Of a DNA stretch of 64,000 bases, positions 49,556 through 63,380 are shown piece by piece. This stretch comes from Octopus sinensis (taxonomy: Eukaryota), in contig NC_043014.1 of assembly GCF_006345805.1 (NCBI RefSeq), forward strand, positions 43,214,001-43,278,000. The letters run 5' to 3'. Position 1 is the first letter of the stretch. Every line of letters begins with the position of its first letter. The notes below the pieces were generated by a model. The model saw only the letters and a list, made by a program, of their open reading frames with translations. It did no database searches and was not told where the DNA came from. The position numbers and the translations under genes are program-made.

Positions 49556-50195
49556 CATATCACATGATCACATGACCGACCAGGCTATCAGATGTTGCTA
49601 CACATCGCTGGTCACAATGTGCTTCACATTGTTTTAGCCTTCAAATGATGCCACTCCATTAGCTAAGTGACCAGGCCAACAGAAGAAAGAGTGAGAGAAA
49701 GCTGTAGCGAAAAGTGTACGGCAGGGATTGCCACCACCCCCTACCAGGGTCTCGTGGATTTTTAGATGTTTTCGCTCAATAAAGACTCACAAGGCTTTGG
49801 TCAGCCCAAGACTATAGTAGAAGACACTTGAACAAGGTGCCATGCAGTGGGACTGAACCCAGAACCAAGTGGTTGGGAAGCAAGCTTCTTACCACATAGC
49901 TACTTCTGCGCCTATTTATATATATATATATATGCACACACATATTGTACATCATCATCATCATCATCATCGTTTAACGTCCACTTTCCATGCTAGCATG
50001 GGGTGGACAGTTCAACTGGGGTCTGGGAAGCCTGAAGGCTGCACCAGGCCAGTCATATCTGGCGGTGTTTCTACAGCTGGATGCCCTTCCTAACGCCAAC
50101 CACTCCGTGAGTGTAGTGGGTGCTTTTTATGTGCCACCGACACAGGTGCCAGATGAGGCTGGCGAACGGCCACGCTTGGATGGTGCTTTTTACGT
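49305..50195 (-). mobile_element. Nested SINEs: family A split by a family E-like piece, then family C
   Basis: A 3' half 49305-49530; E-like 49560-49785; A head 49785-49912; C 49950-50195. Confidence 0.75.
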
Positions 50196-50531
50196 AGTTA
50201 TAAATACATATCATTATACATACAAATAATTATATATGTAGATATATTGTATGTATATATTTTAGTATATTGTAATACTTACAATATTTAATATATTGTA
50301 ATACTTACAATATTTAATAAAATGATGTAGCTTGAAACGATTGTACCAAATTACCGAAGTTATTCTTGTTGCTTATTTTGATTATAATCACCCCACGGAT
50401 TTATATGGATAACACCATACAAAATTCTGGTGCATTTAACTTAAGTCCATATTCATTTGAATCTAAATTTTGCTGAACTTATATATATATATATATATAT
50501 ATATAAACATACACACACATATGTATATGTG

Positions 50532-50605
<74 letters not shown>

Positions 50606-50644
50606 ATATACATTCATATATATATATATTAGAGGTAGTGTTAT

Positions 50645-51015
50645 GATGCTGTAAGAATTGACAGGCAATTTCGTTCAGTCCGAAACCTGTACCGAGTGTC
50701 ATCTAAGTTGTTTTCCTCCAGGTATGTTATTACTTTTTGTCTTCGGACAAGGCGTTGGATAATTTTAGATGTGTAAGACGTGAGGGAAACAGGTCTGTAA
50801 TTTTTAGCTTCAGCACTGCTACCTCCTTTGTACCTAGGTTTTATTATAGCTTCTTTCTCGGGAATAAGGCGATATCTGGCAACTTTTGTTATAGTACCTT
50901 TAATGATTTCATGAGGCGGTTTTTGCACGTTTTTTAGCAATATAACTGGAATACTATTTGGTACAGATGCTGAGTTTGAGTCTAAATCATTAATAGCCAC
51001 AAGTACATCAGCTTC
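50645..51015 (-). pseudogene. CR1/L2-group LINE RT N-terminal fragment
   Basis: [59 protein letters not shown]. Confidence 0.85.
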
Positions 51016-51029
51016 CATGATATTAATTT

Positions 51030-51275
51030 TAAGTTGTGTCTCTGCACTTGAGTTGTGGGATCAAAGAATTCGCTTGGATTATGCACGGGGCTGTGATATG
51101 GATGGAGAATGTGGCCTTCCACCTGTTGAAACGAAAGTGTTGGGGATAGAGTTTGTGATCATGCCCACGAAGACCTCTATCTGGTGCAGGGGTGAAAATC
51201 TCTACAAATGGTAGGTTTACATGTCCGTTGAAGATGTTGAAAGCCGGATGAGATCTCCCTGCATCCTCCGTCGTT
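51030..51275 (-). pseudogene. CR1-like LINE C-terminal fragment
   Basis: RRMQGDLI..FNIFNG..RGLRGHDHKL..RFNRWKATFS (RRxRGDLI / LRGH motifs). Confidence 0.75.
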
Positions 51276-52238
51276 CGAGTGAAGGCAATGCCAGCCGTTG
51301 GGTGAAGAAAATGTTCTTTCAAAGACAGGAGAGTGCAAGAGAAGGAGGTATGTGTGGGTATGTGTGTGCATGCAGGTCTGTGTGTGTGTGTGTATGTTTG
51401 TGTAATGATAGCACGTGTGTGTGTGTGTGGTTATATATATATATATTTCTAAATTTTTGGTATGTGGTGAAGCAACTTGCTAAACCCTTAATTATTGTTA
51501 TAATTATGTATGTATGTATGTATGTATGTATGTATGTATGTATGTATATATGTATGTATGTATGTATGTGTTTATGTACGTATGTATTCCTGTCCTTATC
51601 TGTCCAAGTTTGTATGTCCATTCATGTGTGTGTTTCCATGTGTCTGAGTAAATATGCGTGAATGTGGAGCAGTAATTTCACTTTCGTACAAAGCAGAAGC
51701 AGTACTCCACCACCACCACCCCTACTCCCCCACCCAAATCCATCCACCCGTCCACCCCTACATCAACCCACCCAACCGAACTGACCGACCAACATTTCCC
51801 CACATTTTCTTTTTTTTCCGAGAAAGCCATCTTTCTGCAAACTCAGCAAACAAACGGGCAAGTAGAAACACTTTAACACTCTTAACGACGACGACGACCA
51901 CCACCACCACCAACACCAACACCACCACCACGACCACCACCACCAACATCTACTCAACAACAAAATTAAAAAACAAAAAGAAAACGCAAACTGAGTCTCG
52001 TGGACAGCTGTGCATTGTTTTGTAGAGGGGTTTTGCAAGGCAAAAAAAAAAAAAAAGATATAAGATTTCTTTCAGATACCAGAATGTTGAATTTGATGAC
52101 AAGAATGGTGATCTAGATGACAACGAATGTTTATTGAGAGATTCTCTATTTTGTAGCCCATTATTATTTGTTTCTTTCACATATTGTCAGCTTTTATTAT
52201 CACTGTCATAATCATTATTATTATTATTTCTTTATTAC

Positions 52239-52306
<68 letters not shown>

Positions 52307-52318
52307 TTATTATTATAT

Positions 52319-52753
52319 TGAGTGAGAGAGCAGTGCATGCATCAAAGTGACACTGGGGTAAAATATACGAAGCCCAATATACCCATCATGACTACCCGTC
52401 TGATTAAGGTACACCAGGCACATGCATCACAACCATATGTGCGCGAATGGTGATCTCATATCAAGATAACAGCACATAACCTTGCAGGTGGGGCCCAGTT
52501 AGAATTTTCTTCAGGTTGAGTAGCCATTCCCGCTCAAAGGTCCCTGAATAAGGGTTGTTTAAGGATGTTGAAAAACACACCATGTTTTCCAGAGGTGAAC
52601 TATTCAAACCCAAAGAATCCCTCTCAACATATGGCTATGATGCTCCCCCACTACTTCTGCTCGTGATCAGAGATGCACATATCGTCAGCCACTAAGGGAC
52701 ATGCTCAACTGGTAAAGGTCAAACAACTGACAAGCAAATCTGTGGTATTGAGC
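52319..52753. mobile_element. Interspersed repeat family D (ATT-tailed; also at 54310-54430 and inverted at 56033-56216)
   Basis: TGAGTGAGAGAGCAGTGCATG..CAAAGTGACACTGGGGTAAAA..ACCCATCATGACTACCCGTCTG occurs three times, each adjacent to (ATT)n. Confidence 0.8.
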
Positions 52754-52754
52754 T

Positions 52755-53145
<391 letters not shown>

Positions 53146-53715
53146 TAAGGTGGCAAGCTGGCAGAATCGTTAGTGCGCCGGGCAAAATGCTTAGTGGTAT
53201 TTCACCTGTCGCTACGTTCTGAGTTCAAATTCCGCCGAGGTCGACTTTGCCTTTCATCCTTTCGGGGTCGATTAAATAAGTACCAGTTACTCACAGGGGT
53301 CGATATAATCGACTTAATTCATTTGTCTGTCCTTGTTTGTCCCTTCTGTGTTCTGTGTTTAGCCCCTTGTGGGTAGTAAAGAAATAGGTATTTCACCTGC
53401 CGTTACGTTCTGAGTTCAAATTCCACCCAGGTCGACTTTGCCTTTCATCCTTTCAGGGTCGATGAATTAAGTACCAGTTACACACTGGGGTCGATATCAT
53501 CGACTTAATCCGTTTGTCTGTCCTTGTTTGTCCTCTCTGTGTTTAGCACCTTGTGGGTAGTAAAGAAATAGGTATTTCATCTGCCGCTATGTTCAAATTC
53601 CACTGAGGTCAGCTTTGCCTTTCATCCTTTTGGGGTCGATAAATTAAGTTCCAGCTGTGTACTGAGGTTGATCTAATCGACTGACCCCCCCTCCCCAAAA
53701 AATTTCGGGCCTTGT
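53146..53715 (+). mobile_element. SINE family B trimer
   Basis: One head plus two AAAGAAATA|GGTATTTC junctions (~53380 and ~53570). The last unit has an alternative 3' end. Confidence 0.9.
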
Positions 53716-53731
53716 GCCTAGAGTAGAAAAG

Positions 53732-53798
<67 letters not shown>

Positions 53799-54276
53799 CA
53801 AGTCTCACCCAGGGATCTCAAGAGACAACAAGTTAGAAGTTCAATTTGGTGTTATGACTAGGGTGCTTTTATTTGGTTTTGTTCAGAGTATTGTTCCAGA
53901 GAATGTTTGTCAAAACAAAAGTAAATTAGAAGTTTGTTTTTAAAAGTAATTTAATTATAAGATGATAGTCTGATGTTAAGATGACAGTAAAATGTATTTG
54001 CTGTTATGTACATTTAAAAGTATTTTGACTCTGTTTACAGATTAAAATATTTTGGGGATTACATAGACAATATTTTACATGGGATATGGGCAGTTCCCAT
54101 CAGAACTATGTTTCAAATTTCTTCCATTTTGGGATTTCCTGGTATCTGAGATGGGTAACAATCATCCCCATTTGCTATCATTCCTAGGGTATTGTTTTAG
54201 TCCTGAAGTTCCACATTTTTGCCAGTTTCTATTTCAAGATCTTTATGCTTGTTCAGTTTTTGGTAGGTCATCGCTA

Positions 54277-54311
<35 letters not shown>

Positions 54312-54719
54312 GAGTGAGAGAGCAGTTCATGCCATCAAAGTGACACTGGGGTAAAAATAAACGAAGCCCAGTATACCCATCATGACTACCCGTCTGATAA
54401 GGGTACACCAGGCACATGCATCACAACCATTTTCATATGTATGTGCATAAGCCAGTGTATGCATGTGTGTGTGTGTGTGCATACACCAGCTTGCATCTGA
54501 GCATTCCTACTGTTTACATTTCATTTCTTATAAAAAAACATAAAAGCGGTCAATGCACACACTTATGTTGACGGTATGCAGCCGTCGATGTACGTTCGTC
54601 ATATTTAAGATAAATATGACAACGGATTCACACCAAGTTTTTGCCCACTTCTGCTGATGGTCAATCTGCTGAGTTGGCGGATTGAGAAGATGGCAAACAA
54701 TTATATTTTATAATATCAG

Positions 54720-54761
<42 letters not shown>

Positions 54762-54784
54762 TAAGGGGGAGAGAAAGGGGAGAG

Positions 54785-54794
54785 AGAGGGGTAG

Positions 54795-54827
<33 letters not shown>

Positions 54828-54840
54828 CATAATAGATTAT

Positions 54841-54885
<45 letters not shown>

Positions 54886-55040
54886 GGATAGACAGATAGA
54901 CAGATGGATAGACAGATAAACAGATGGATAGTTAGATAGACAGACAAACAGACAGACAGGCAGAAGACAGACAGACAGATAGACAGTCAGATAGATAGAT
55001 AGAGAGAGAGAGACAGACAGACAGACAGACGGATAGATAG
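54785..55040. repeat. (GATA)/(GACA)n
   Basis: Direct inspection. Confidence 0.95.
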
Positions 55041-55256
55041 ACTTTTCTAATCTAGACACAAGGCCCAAAATTTTGGGGGAGGGTGCCAGTCGATTAGATC
55101 GACCCCAGTACACAACTGGTACTGAATTTATTGACTCCAAAAGGATGAAAGGCAAAATCAACCTCAGCAGAATTTGAACTCAGAGCGTAAAGACAGATGA
55201 AATACCACTAAGCATTTCACCCAGCGTGCTAATATTTCTGCCAGCTTGCCACCTAA
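55040..55256 (-). mobile_element. SINE family B (alternative 3' end)
   Basis: Homology to the last unit of 53146-53715. Confidence 0.8.
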
Positions 55257-55414
55257 GATAGATAGATATTGGTTTGGGGATGCAAACGGGAAAAATAGAA
55301 CTCAAAACATGAGTGCATGTATATATATTTTCAGAAGCAACAGGGTGACTTAAGAAGTAAAAGTTTTGTGCATTGACACTTATTACTTTGGCAAAATTTT
55401 ATAGAGATTTTCTG

Positions 55415-55622
55415 CTATACTTTCTTTGTCATGGTCAATGCGACAATCACACTACACACCTTCCTTCTGAGCATTGCTATAAATAGCAGAAATGAGCTAG
55501 AACATTAAAACTTAGTATGTAGGCACAGCAGAGTTTAAGGTCAATCTGTGCCAAGCGGCTTCACTTGGTGTACCTTAGCTTTGTTGCTATGGCAACAGGC
55601 CGGATACTTATTGATCAGACTA
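55415..55622 (+). mobile_element. Solo right end of the 22958-24279 mariner family
   Basis: ..AATCTGTGCCAAGC..GGATACTTATTGATCAGAC|TA. Confidence 0.8.
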
Positions 55623-56342
55623 TATATATATATATATATATAATACACATAAAGTGTGGCATGGTTGCAGGTTGTACAGAGTGCTAGAGAAGGTTCATAT
55701 GCGCAAGACCTGCCCAAGAGTAAACCATCACTAGACTCTGTGTGTGTGTATGTGTGTTTTGTCATCCCCACCACTTGACAACTGATGTTGGCTTGTTCGT
55801 GTTCTCATGACTTAGTGGTCCAGCAAAAGAAATTAATTGAATATGTGGCAAGCTTAAAGATTAAGCACTGGAGTTACGCCATATGCCCACGGGCATATGG
55901 TGTAGTGGTTAAGAGCATGGGAAACTAACCCCATTCTGAGTTTGAATCTAAGCAGTGACCTGAACAATAACAATAAGAACAATAAGAAGGAGGAAGAGGG
56001 GGAGAAGAAGAAGAAGAAGAAGAAGAAAATTTAACTGGGCCCCACCTGCAAGGTTATGTGCTGTTTATCTTGATATGAGATCACAATGTCGCACACATAT
56101 GGTTGTGATGCATGAGCCTGGTGTGCCCTTATCAGACGGGTAGTCATGATGGGTATACTGGGCTTCGTATATTTTACCCCAGTGTCACTTTGATGGCATG
56201 CACTGCTCTCTCATTCAATAATAATAATAATTATTATTATTATTATGATAATAATAATAATGATAATAATAATAACAATAATGATAATAATAACATTGAA
56301 TAATACCTTAGGAATGAGAACTCAGGTTTGAAATTTCCCCAA

Positions 56343-56388
56343 GACACCTGATGAAGGCTGGAGGGTATATCAGCCAAAATGTTGTGTT
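56343..56388 (+). ncRNA. Minimal type-I hammerhead relic at a Penelope-type end
   Basis: GACAC-CTGATGA-A-GGCTG(gagggtatat)CAGCC-AAAA-TG-TT-GTGTT. Confidence 0.65.
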
Positions 56389-57559
56389 AACAACAAACAA
56401 GATGAGGACAAATATCCATCGAATGTAAATAATGTAAACAATGTAAATTGAGCACTGGAGTTAATTTGTTGAACTCAACCTTTCATGGCAGTGCTCCAGC
56501 AGGGTCACAGTTCAATGACTGAAAGATGTAAAAGATAAAAGATACTATGAATCTGATATTTATATATTCTTGATAATAATTTTTTGATAATTCAAGAAAT
56601 TTTGTTCGCCATGTCACCATTTTATTTACAGGTGATGCATAATTTTTAGGGAAGCCAAAAAATTTTTTAGGAGGCACAGAATTTTTAAGAGAAGCATAAA
56701 ATATTCAGTAGGAGCAGAAAATTTTTAGTAGGAGCAGAAACTATTTAATGAGAGCAGGAGATTTTAAGTAGGAGTGCAAAATTTTTAGTAAGAATAGAAA
56801 GTTTTTAGTAAGAGCAGAAAATTAATGGTTGGGGCACAATTTTGTTTAGGAAGAGCAGAAAAATTTTAGACGGCAATACAAAAACTTTTTGATATTTAAA
56901 GGGAGCTGTAAATTTTTTTTTAAGGTGATTGAAGTGTTTTTAGGGTTCAGAACATTTTTTTATAGGGACAAATTTTATGATGAGCAGAAAGATTTTAAGA
57001 ATACAAAAATTTTTGTGAGAATTAGATTTTTATAGGAGTTAGAGACTTTTGAATTTAAATTTTAAATTTGCATTAAGAAGTAGCATATTGATATGATAGT
57101 GTAAATAAAGTTATTGATTTGTTTGAACTCCAATGTTTTTTACAGATTTTATACAGATTTTTTTACAGATTTTATGCAAAAGTTTTACTGTTTTCATAAA
57201 GTTAAAAATTCAAATACTTTTCGTTATTTTTCTAGTATAAATTTTTATTTTTATTTTCATAGCATTATTCACTTTATTGTTTTGTAAAAAAAATTCTATG
57301 ACTTTGTATATAAGTAAAAATTTAGTTTGTGTAAAGTTTGTTTTAATTTTAAACTCATAAAATGATGGGTGATCAATCTACATTAAATAATTTTTAAAGT
57401 TTTGGTTTCTCTATCTTCTTCAATAATATAAAGAATTCTCATGTGTTTGTCTGCAATTCATTCAAAAACTTGACAACAGATTTGCTAGAGAGAAAAATTA
57501 AGGCCAGATTTATAATTTGAAAATCAGATAAAAATTTAAAATTCTTTTTTGTTGTTTCC

Positions 57560-58700
57560 AACCATGGTTTCTAGAAAGAGAAACTTTTGTACGGTGAAGC
57601 CTTCTATGAATTCCAAAGGAAAGAAGTAAAAAAGAGCCAGTGAAACAGAACAGAGAAGAAGACGAGATGCTGCTAGAAATTACACTGACCAAATTTGAAA
57701 AGTGAGCCAAATTGAAGAACAGCAGAGAGAAAGACATGATACCTCTAACAAATCTGACTGAAAGTGAAAATGGAGACTGAAGACGAGAAGCAAATTAAGT
57801 GAGAATAACAGTTACTGAATAAAATCAAAAACATGAGTCTGTTAGACAAAGCCATCAGTGCCTCAGGTCTGTGGAGATGCCAGAACAATGAAATAAAAGG
57901 TTAAGTTTAATGAGAGATGCTACTCTATGGCACCAATCAAATGAGGGCTCAGAAGAAAGGCAGCTAAAGCTGGAAACTATTAGGGGATGTAGGGGCTGGA
58001 TAACCGTGCATGGCAATGGAAAAAGCTCTACCATTTAGTCCCAGTGATGCACCAACCCACTCCAATATTGGTCAAATGGATTGCAGATGTAAGAAATATG
58101 GTGCATTCAAGGAAGAGACATCAGTATTGTGGTGTTGTTATGGCAAAGTTATTTAGGAACAATCACCAGTCTTGCCTCCCTTTCTATAAGAATATTCTTT
58201 TGAACAAACATTTCCTTGGCAACATCCGAAGTTACAATAGCAGTTTTGTCATAACAAGCTTTGGCTACCAGAAGACAACTATAGAGGGATAGAATCCGAG
58301 CTTTTGAGCTCTTGTTTCCACCAGAGGAAGGCCATGCTAAATATCTCCAGGTCTATCTTCTTAATACCTTGAAGAACAACTGGCTGCCTGAAAAAAACAA
58401 CAGCAGCCTTAAACCAGCAATTCTTCAAAAACTTAGGAAATTGTTTCAAATAGATAATCACCAGGTTCATAGGTTGAAGCCTGCAAAATACATTTCAAGA
58501 AATTGGTAGTAATGAGTAGGAGATTATCACCAGGAAAAAAAAAAGAAATATCAAAAGAGCTCACTGGGCACTTCAACGGGCCAACAGCTCCAGAAGTTGC
58601 TATTTTCATTGGTAAATGAGCCAACAAACCCAAGAGATATTGTTCTGTTACAGATAACTCTAGAGGATTCAGGTTTTGCATCCTTCCTATGATACACTGC
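57560..58700 (+). mobile_element. Decayed Helitron RepHel N-terminal region
   Basis: NIGQMDCRCKKYGAFKEETSVLWCCYGKV..KHFLGNIRSYNSSFVITSFG..AKYLQVY..HFNGPTAPEVAIFI..PRDIVL..HPSYDTLQ. These match Helitron-like domain motifs FLxNIRxYNS, FNxPTxxEVA and HxSYDxLQ. Confidence 0.85.
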
Positions 58701-58709
58701 AGAATTTAA

Positions 58710-59283
58710 TCATATTCCCATGCTGGCATGGGTTGGACGGTTTGACTGAGGACTGGCAAGCCAGAAGGCTGCACCAGGCTCCAATCTGATCTGGCAAAGT
58801 TCCTACAGCTGGATGCCCTTCCTAATGCTAACCGCTCCAAGTGAGTAGTGCGTGCTTTTTACCTGCCACTAGCATGAGGGCCAGTCAGACGGTACTGGCA
58901 TTGACCACACTTGAAAGGTGCTTTTTACGTGCCACCAGCACAGGAGCCGGTCAGCCAGCACTGGCAACAACCATGTAAAAATATAAAAAGCATGAATGGT
59001 GCTTTTTACATATTACCAGCACAGGACCAGTCAATTGGCTCTGGTATCGACCTATTTCTTTACTGCCCACAAGGGGCTAAACACAGAGAGGACAAACAAG
59101 GACAGACAAATGGATTAAGTCGATTATATCGACCCCAGTGCATAACTGGTACTTATTTCATCGACCCCGAAAGGATGAATGGACAAAGTCGACCTCGGCA
59201 GAATTTGAACTCAGAATGTAACCACAGACGAAATACCACTAAGCATTTCACCCGGCATGCTAACATTTCTGCCAGCTCGCCAC
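58710..59283 (-). mobile_element. Family C copy (58710-59040) abutting SINE B (59053-59283)
   Basis: Homology to other copies in the window. Confidence 0.8.
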
Positions 59284-59690
59284 CTTCAAACGGTGCTATG
59301 ATTGTGAATAAGGCACAAAGATAGACAATTAAAGTAATCAGTTTGGATCTCCCAATTCCATGCTTTCTCATGGGCTACGTAGTAGATTCCATAACTGCAA
59401 GTACCAAGAAATTAATTACCATGGCGCCAAACAACCAAACAAGAAATGTGGTCTATCGGGAGGCTTTATTGAATTGATACATTTCTGCATGATATAAACC
59501 AGACAGTCAAGTTAGTAAGGAGACAACTAATTAAAAGTAAAATTATCAGATTTAATTTATTAATAAAACATGTTTATTCAGCATGGTTTAATTTTATTCT
59601 CAATTGAAAGTAACTGAAATCAAGTTATTGCCTCGGTATCTGACTGAACACCTAGACTAGTATATGTATACATACATACAAACGTGTGTA

Positions 59691-59721
<31 letters not shown>

Positions 59722-59729
59722 TAATAGAT

Positions 59730-60345
59730 GTAGGAGTGGCTGTGCGGTAAGTAGCTTGCTTACCAACCACATAGCTCCGGGTTCAGTCCTACTGCGTGGA
59801 ACCTTGGGCAAGTGTCTTCTACTATAACCTTGGGCCAACCAAGCCTTGTGAGTGGATTTGACGGAAACTGGAAGAAGCCCATCGTATATGTGTATATATG
59901 TGTGTGTTTGTGTGTCTGCGTTTGCCCCCACCAACATCGTTTGACAATCGATGCTGGTGTGTTTACGTCCCCGTAACCTAGCGGTTCGGCAAAAGAGACT
60001 GATAGAATAAGTACTAGGCTTACAAAGAATAAGTCCTGGGGTCAATTTGCTTGACTAAAGGCGGTGCTCCAGCATGGCCACAGTCACATGACTAAAACAA
60101 GTAAAAAGTAAAAGAGTATATAGATCATCATCATCATCATTGTTTAATGTCCGCTTTCCATGCTAGCATGGGTTGGGAGGTTTGATTGGGGATTGGCAAA
60201 CCAGGAGGCCACACCAGGCCCCAATCTGATCTGGTAGTGTTTCTACAGCTGGATGCCCTTAGTAACGCCAACCACTCCGAAAGTGTAGTGGGTGCTTTTT
60301 ACGTGCCATCAGCGCGGAAATCAGTCAGTTGGCACTGGCATGGGC
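59730..60345. mobile_element. SINE A (59730-60116, plus) tail-to-tail with family C (60124-60345, minus)
   Basis: Homology to other copies in the window. Confidence 0.85.
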
Positions 60346-60668
60346 CACATTCAAAGAGGACGGGAGGAGAGGTTTCTCTAGCATATATATTCCCCACCCC
60401 ATTGGATGGGATGCCAGTCCACTTTAGGATTACTCATATTTGCCATCTGACTGGGATGGACTGGAGCAAAGTGAAATGAAGTGTTTTGCACAAAAACACA
60501 AAATATCATCCAGTCCAGGAATTGAAACCACAATCTTACAATCATGAGTCCAACACCCTAACCACTAAGCCATGTGCCTCTACATTCATCATCTCCAAAC
60601 TCCAGACCATTTCAATAATTTTATGAACTTCACAAAGTTATTTCATCTGGTTTTGCTTTCAAATCCAA

Positions 60669-60669
<1 letters not shown>

Positions 60670-60707
<38 letters not shown>

Positions 60708-61051
60708 TGCACACACACACACACACACAACACACAGACACAGATATATATGCACACACATACATGCACACACACAAACACACGCAACACACACATACAC
60801 ATACTTACATATATACACACAACACAAACATACACATACAAGTAATACTCACACAGACTCACACACACACATACAAACACACACACATGACATAACGCAA
60901 CATACATATACATATGCACACATACACTTACATACATGTATATACACAGACATACACAACACACATACACAACACACACCAACATACACATGGACACACA
61001 GAAATAATGAAAGAAAGAAAGAAAGACAGAAAGAAAGAAAGAAAGAAAGAA

Positions 61052-61100
<49 letters not shown>
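60670..61100. repeat. (CA)n then (GAAA)n
   Basis: Direct inspection. Confidence 0.95.
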
Positions 61101-61104
<4 letters not shown>

Positions 61105-61194
61105 TTAGATAGCCAGCTTGATTTACAGTCCTGCATAAAGGAGACATTTATTAGAAATAGGAATTATTGTAGGTTACAAGCAATAAGGATTCAC

Positions 61195-61270
61195 CACAAG
61201 AATCCGCGAAGAATTTCACCAAGAATTTCACCAAGAATTTCACCAAGAATTCGCTAAGAATTCACCAAAA
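61195..61270 (+). repeat. 12-bp tandem repeat CACCAAGAATTT, 3 perfect plus ~3 degenerate copies
   Basis: Direct inspection. Confidence 0.85.
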
Positions 61271-61629
61271 CTTTTCTCTGCCAGTTGGAATTCTCCAACT
61301 TTGTTTTCAAATATTAAATTAAAATGACACACCATTAAGTTTGGCTTACAAAACAATTCCGGTAAGTAAAACAAATTTTCCATCATTTCCTCTACTATAC
61401 ATATATATACATATATATATATGCAAGTACATATGTATGTGTATTTACCATTTTATTGTTTTACCATTCCACTGTTTTACCTATCAATTGCATTACCATG
61501 TCGCTGCTCGCGTTGGTGTATAGCAAATGTTTATTTGTTTTAGGCCATAAACTTTAATATTCGCAACAATATGGAAACCTAATAAACATATGTGATTGAG
61601 CGGTGGTATGGCGTATGGCATGTGTGTGT

Positions 61630-61665
<36 letters not shown>

Positions 61666-61839
61666 CTAGGTGATTGTTGCATTGGTGTGTGTTTGTGTGT
61701 GGTGGGTGGGTGTGTGTTACATGTGTTAAGTTGATTGGCGTATGTGTTATGCTTGTATGTGTGTGTGTGTATGCGTGTATGCATGAATGTATACGTGTGC
61801 GTATGCTGATTGGTTATGTTTTGTGAAGAAATGTAAGAG

Positions 61840-61935
61840 TTATGTCATGTTATTATATATATATGTGTATATATACAAGCACATCCATACATTTATATAC
61901 ATACTAACATAACATATATATATATATATATGTGC

Positions 61936-61992
<57 letters not shown>

Positions 61993-62166
61993 CACATAAT
62001 ATATATACAAATATGCATACATACTATATAAATATATACATATGTACATATATATAGATAGATAGATGGATATACACATACACACACATATCTAAATACA
62101 TGTATATGTATATATATGTGTGTGTGTGCATGCGTTTACATATATATATATATAAATGTTTGTGTT

Positions 62167-62212
<46 letters not shown>

Positions 62213-63272
62213 AACATTTATATATGTATATATATACAATATATATATATATATACATATATGCATATATGAATAGACACTCACATACATATAACTATGG
62301 ACAGATAATATATACAAATACAGATATATGTATGTTTATGTGTGTGTATATATATACACACACACATGCATTTGAAAGAATGACCTAACATGTATGTACA
62401 GGGAGTGTGTGTGTTTGCATGCCTTTTGTTTATGAGTGTTTATTAGTGTTTATACTTAGAAAATATTATATATCACTCTTGTGATGCATATTTGTGTATA
62501 TATGTGTATTTTTACGCATGTATGTTAGATACATATTTTCATTTGTGCTAGTGTGGTGCGTAAAGTTTGCGTTCACTTAATGTATAAGTGGGAACATACG
62601 CTTGCATACACACACATCCACACACACAGACACACGCACACATACACATATACATATATACATACACATACCTATATATTCATTAAAAGCAACATCTGTG
62701 TTCATTTGTGATATATTACGCATATATAAGTAAACATGATATTTGTATATTTGAATATTATGTTGGACATGTTGTATATATTAAATTATCAATATGAGTG
62801 TTATATCAATATCTGTGTGTGTTAAGAGACTATTTGTGTATGTTTATAAGTACATTTGATATTATATATATATGTATGTGTAGTTTCATAAATACATATA
62901 GAATGTGTGATATTCATTGTATGTGTTTGTATTATATACGCATATATATATACACACATATCTAAATATACATATATAATATCTATGTATATTATTATAT
63001 ATATGTATGTATTTTACTATATATATATTATTATACATATACATATATATATATATAATTATTTCATATGTATGTATATATATATAAATATATAATACAT
63101 ATATATAATATATATATATTATATATATATATTATAATATATATATATATATATAATATATTATATACATTAATATTTTAATATATAAATGTGGCACATA
63201 GTAAATTGATACACATGCATCCATATCTAATGTGTATGTATTTATATTGCAAACTAAATATATATGCCACAT

Positions 63273-63330
<58 letters not shown>

Positions 63331-63380
63331 ATAATATATATATATATATGTATATATAGTATATATATGTATATACCACA
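61840..63380. repeat. (TA)/(TG)-rich low-complexity region
   Basis: Direct inspection. Confidence 0.9.
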
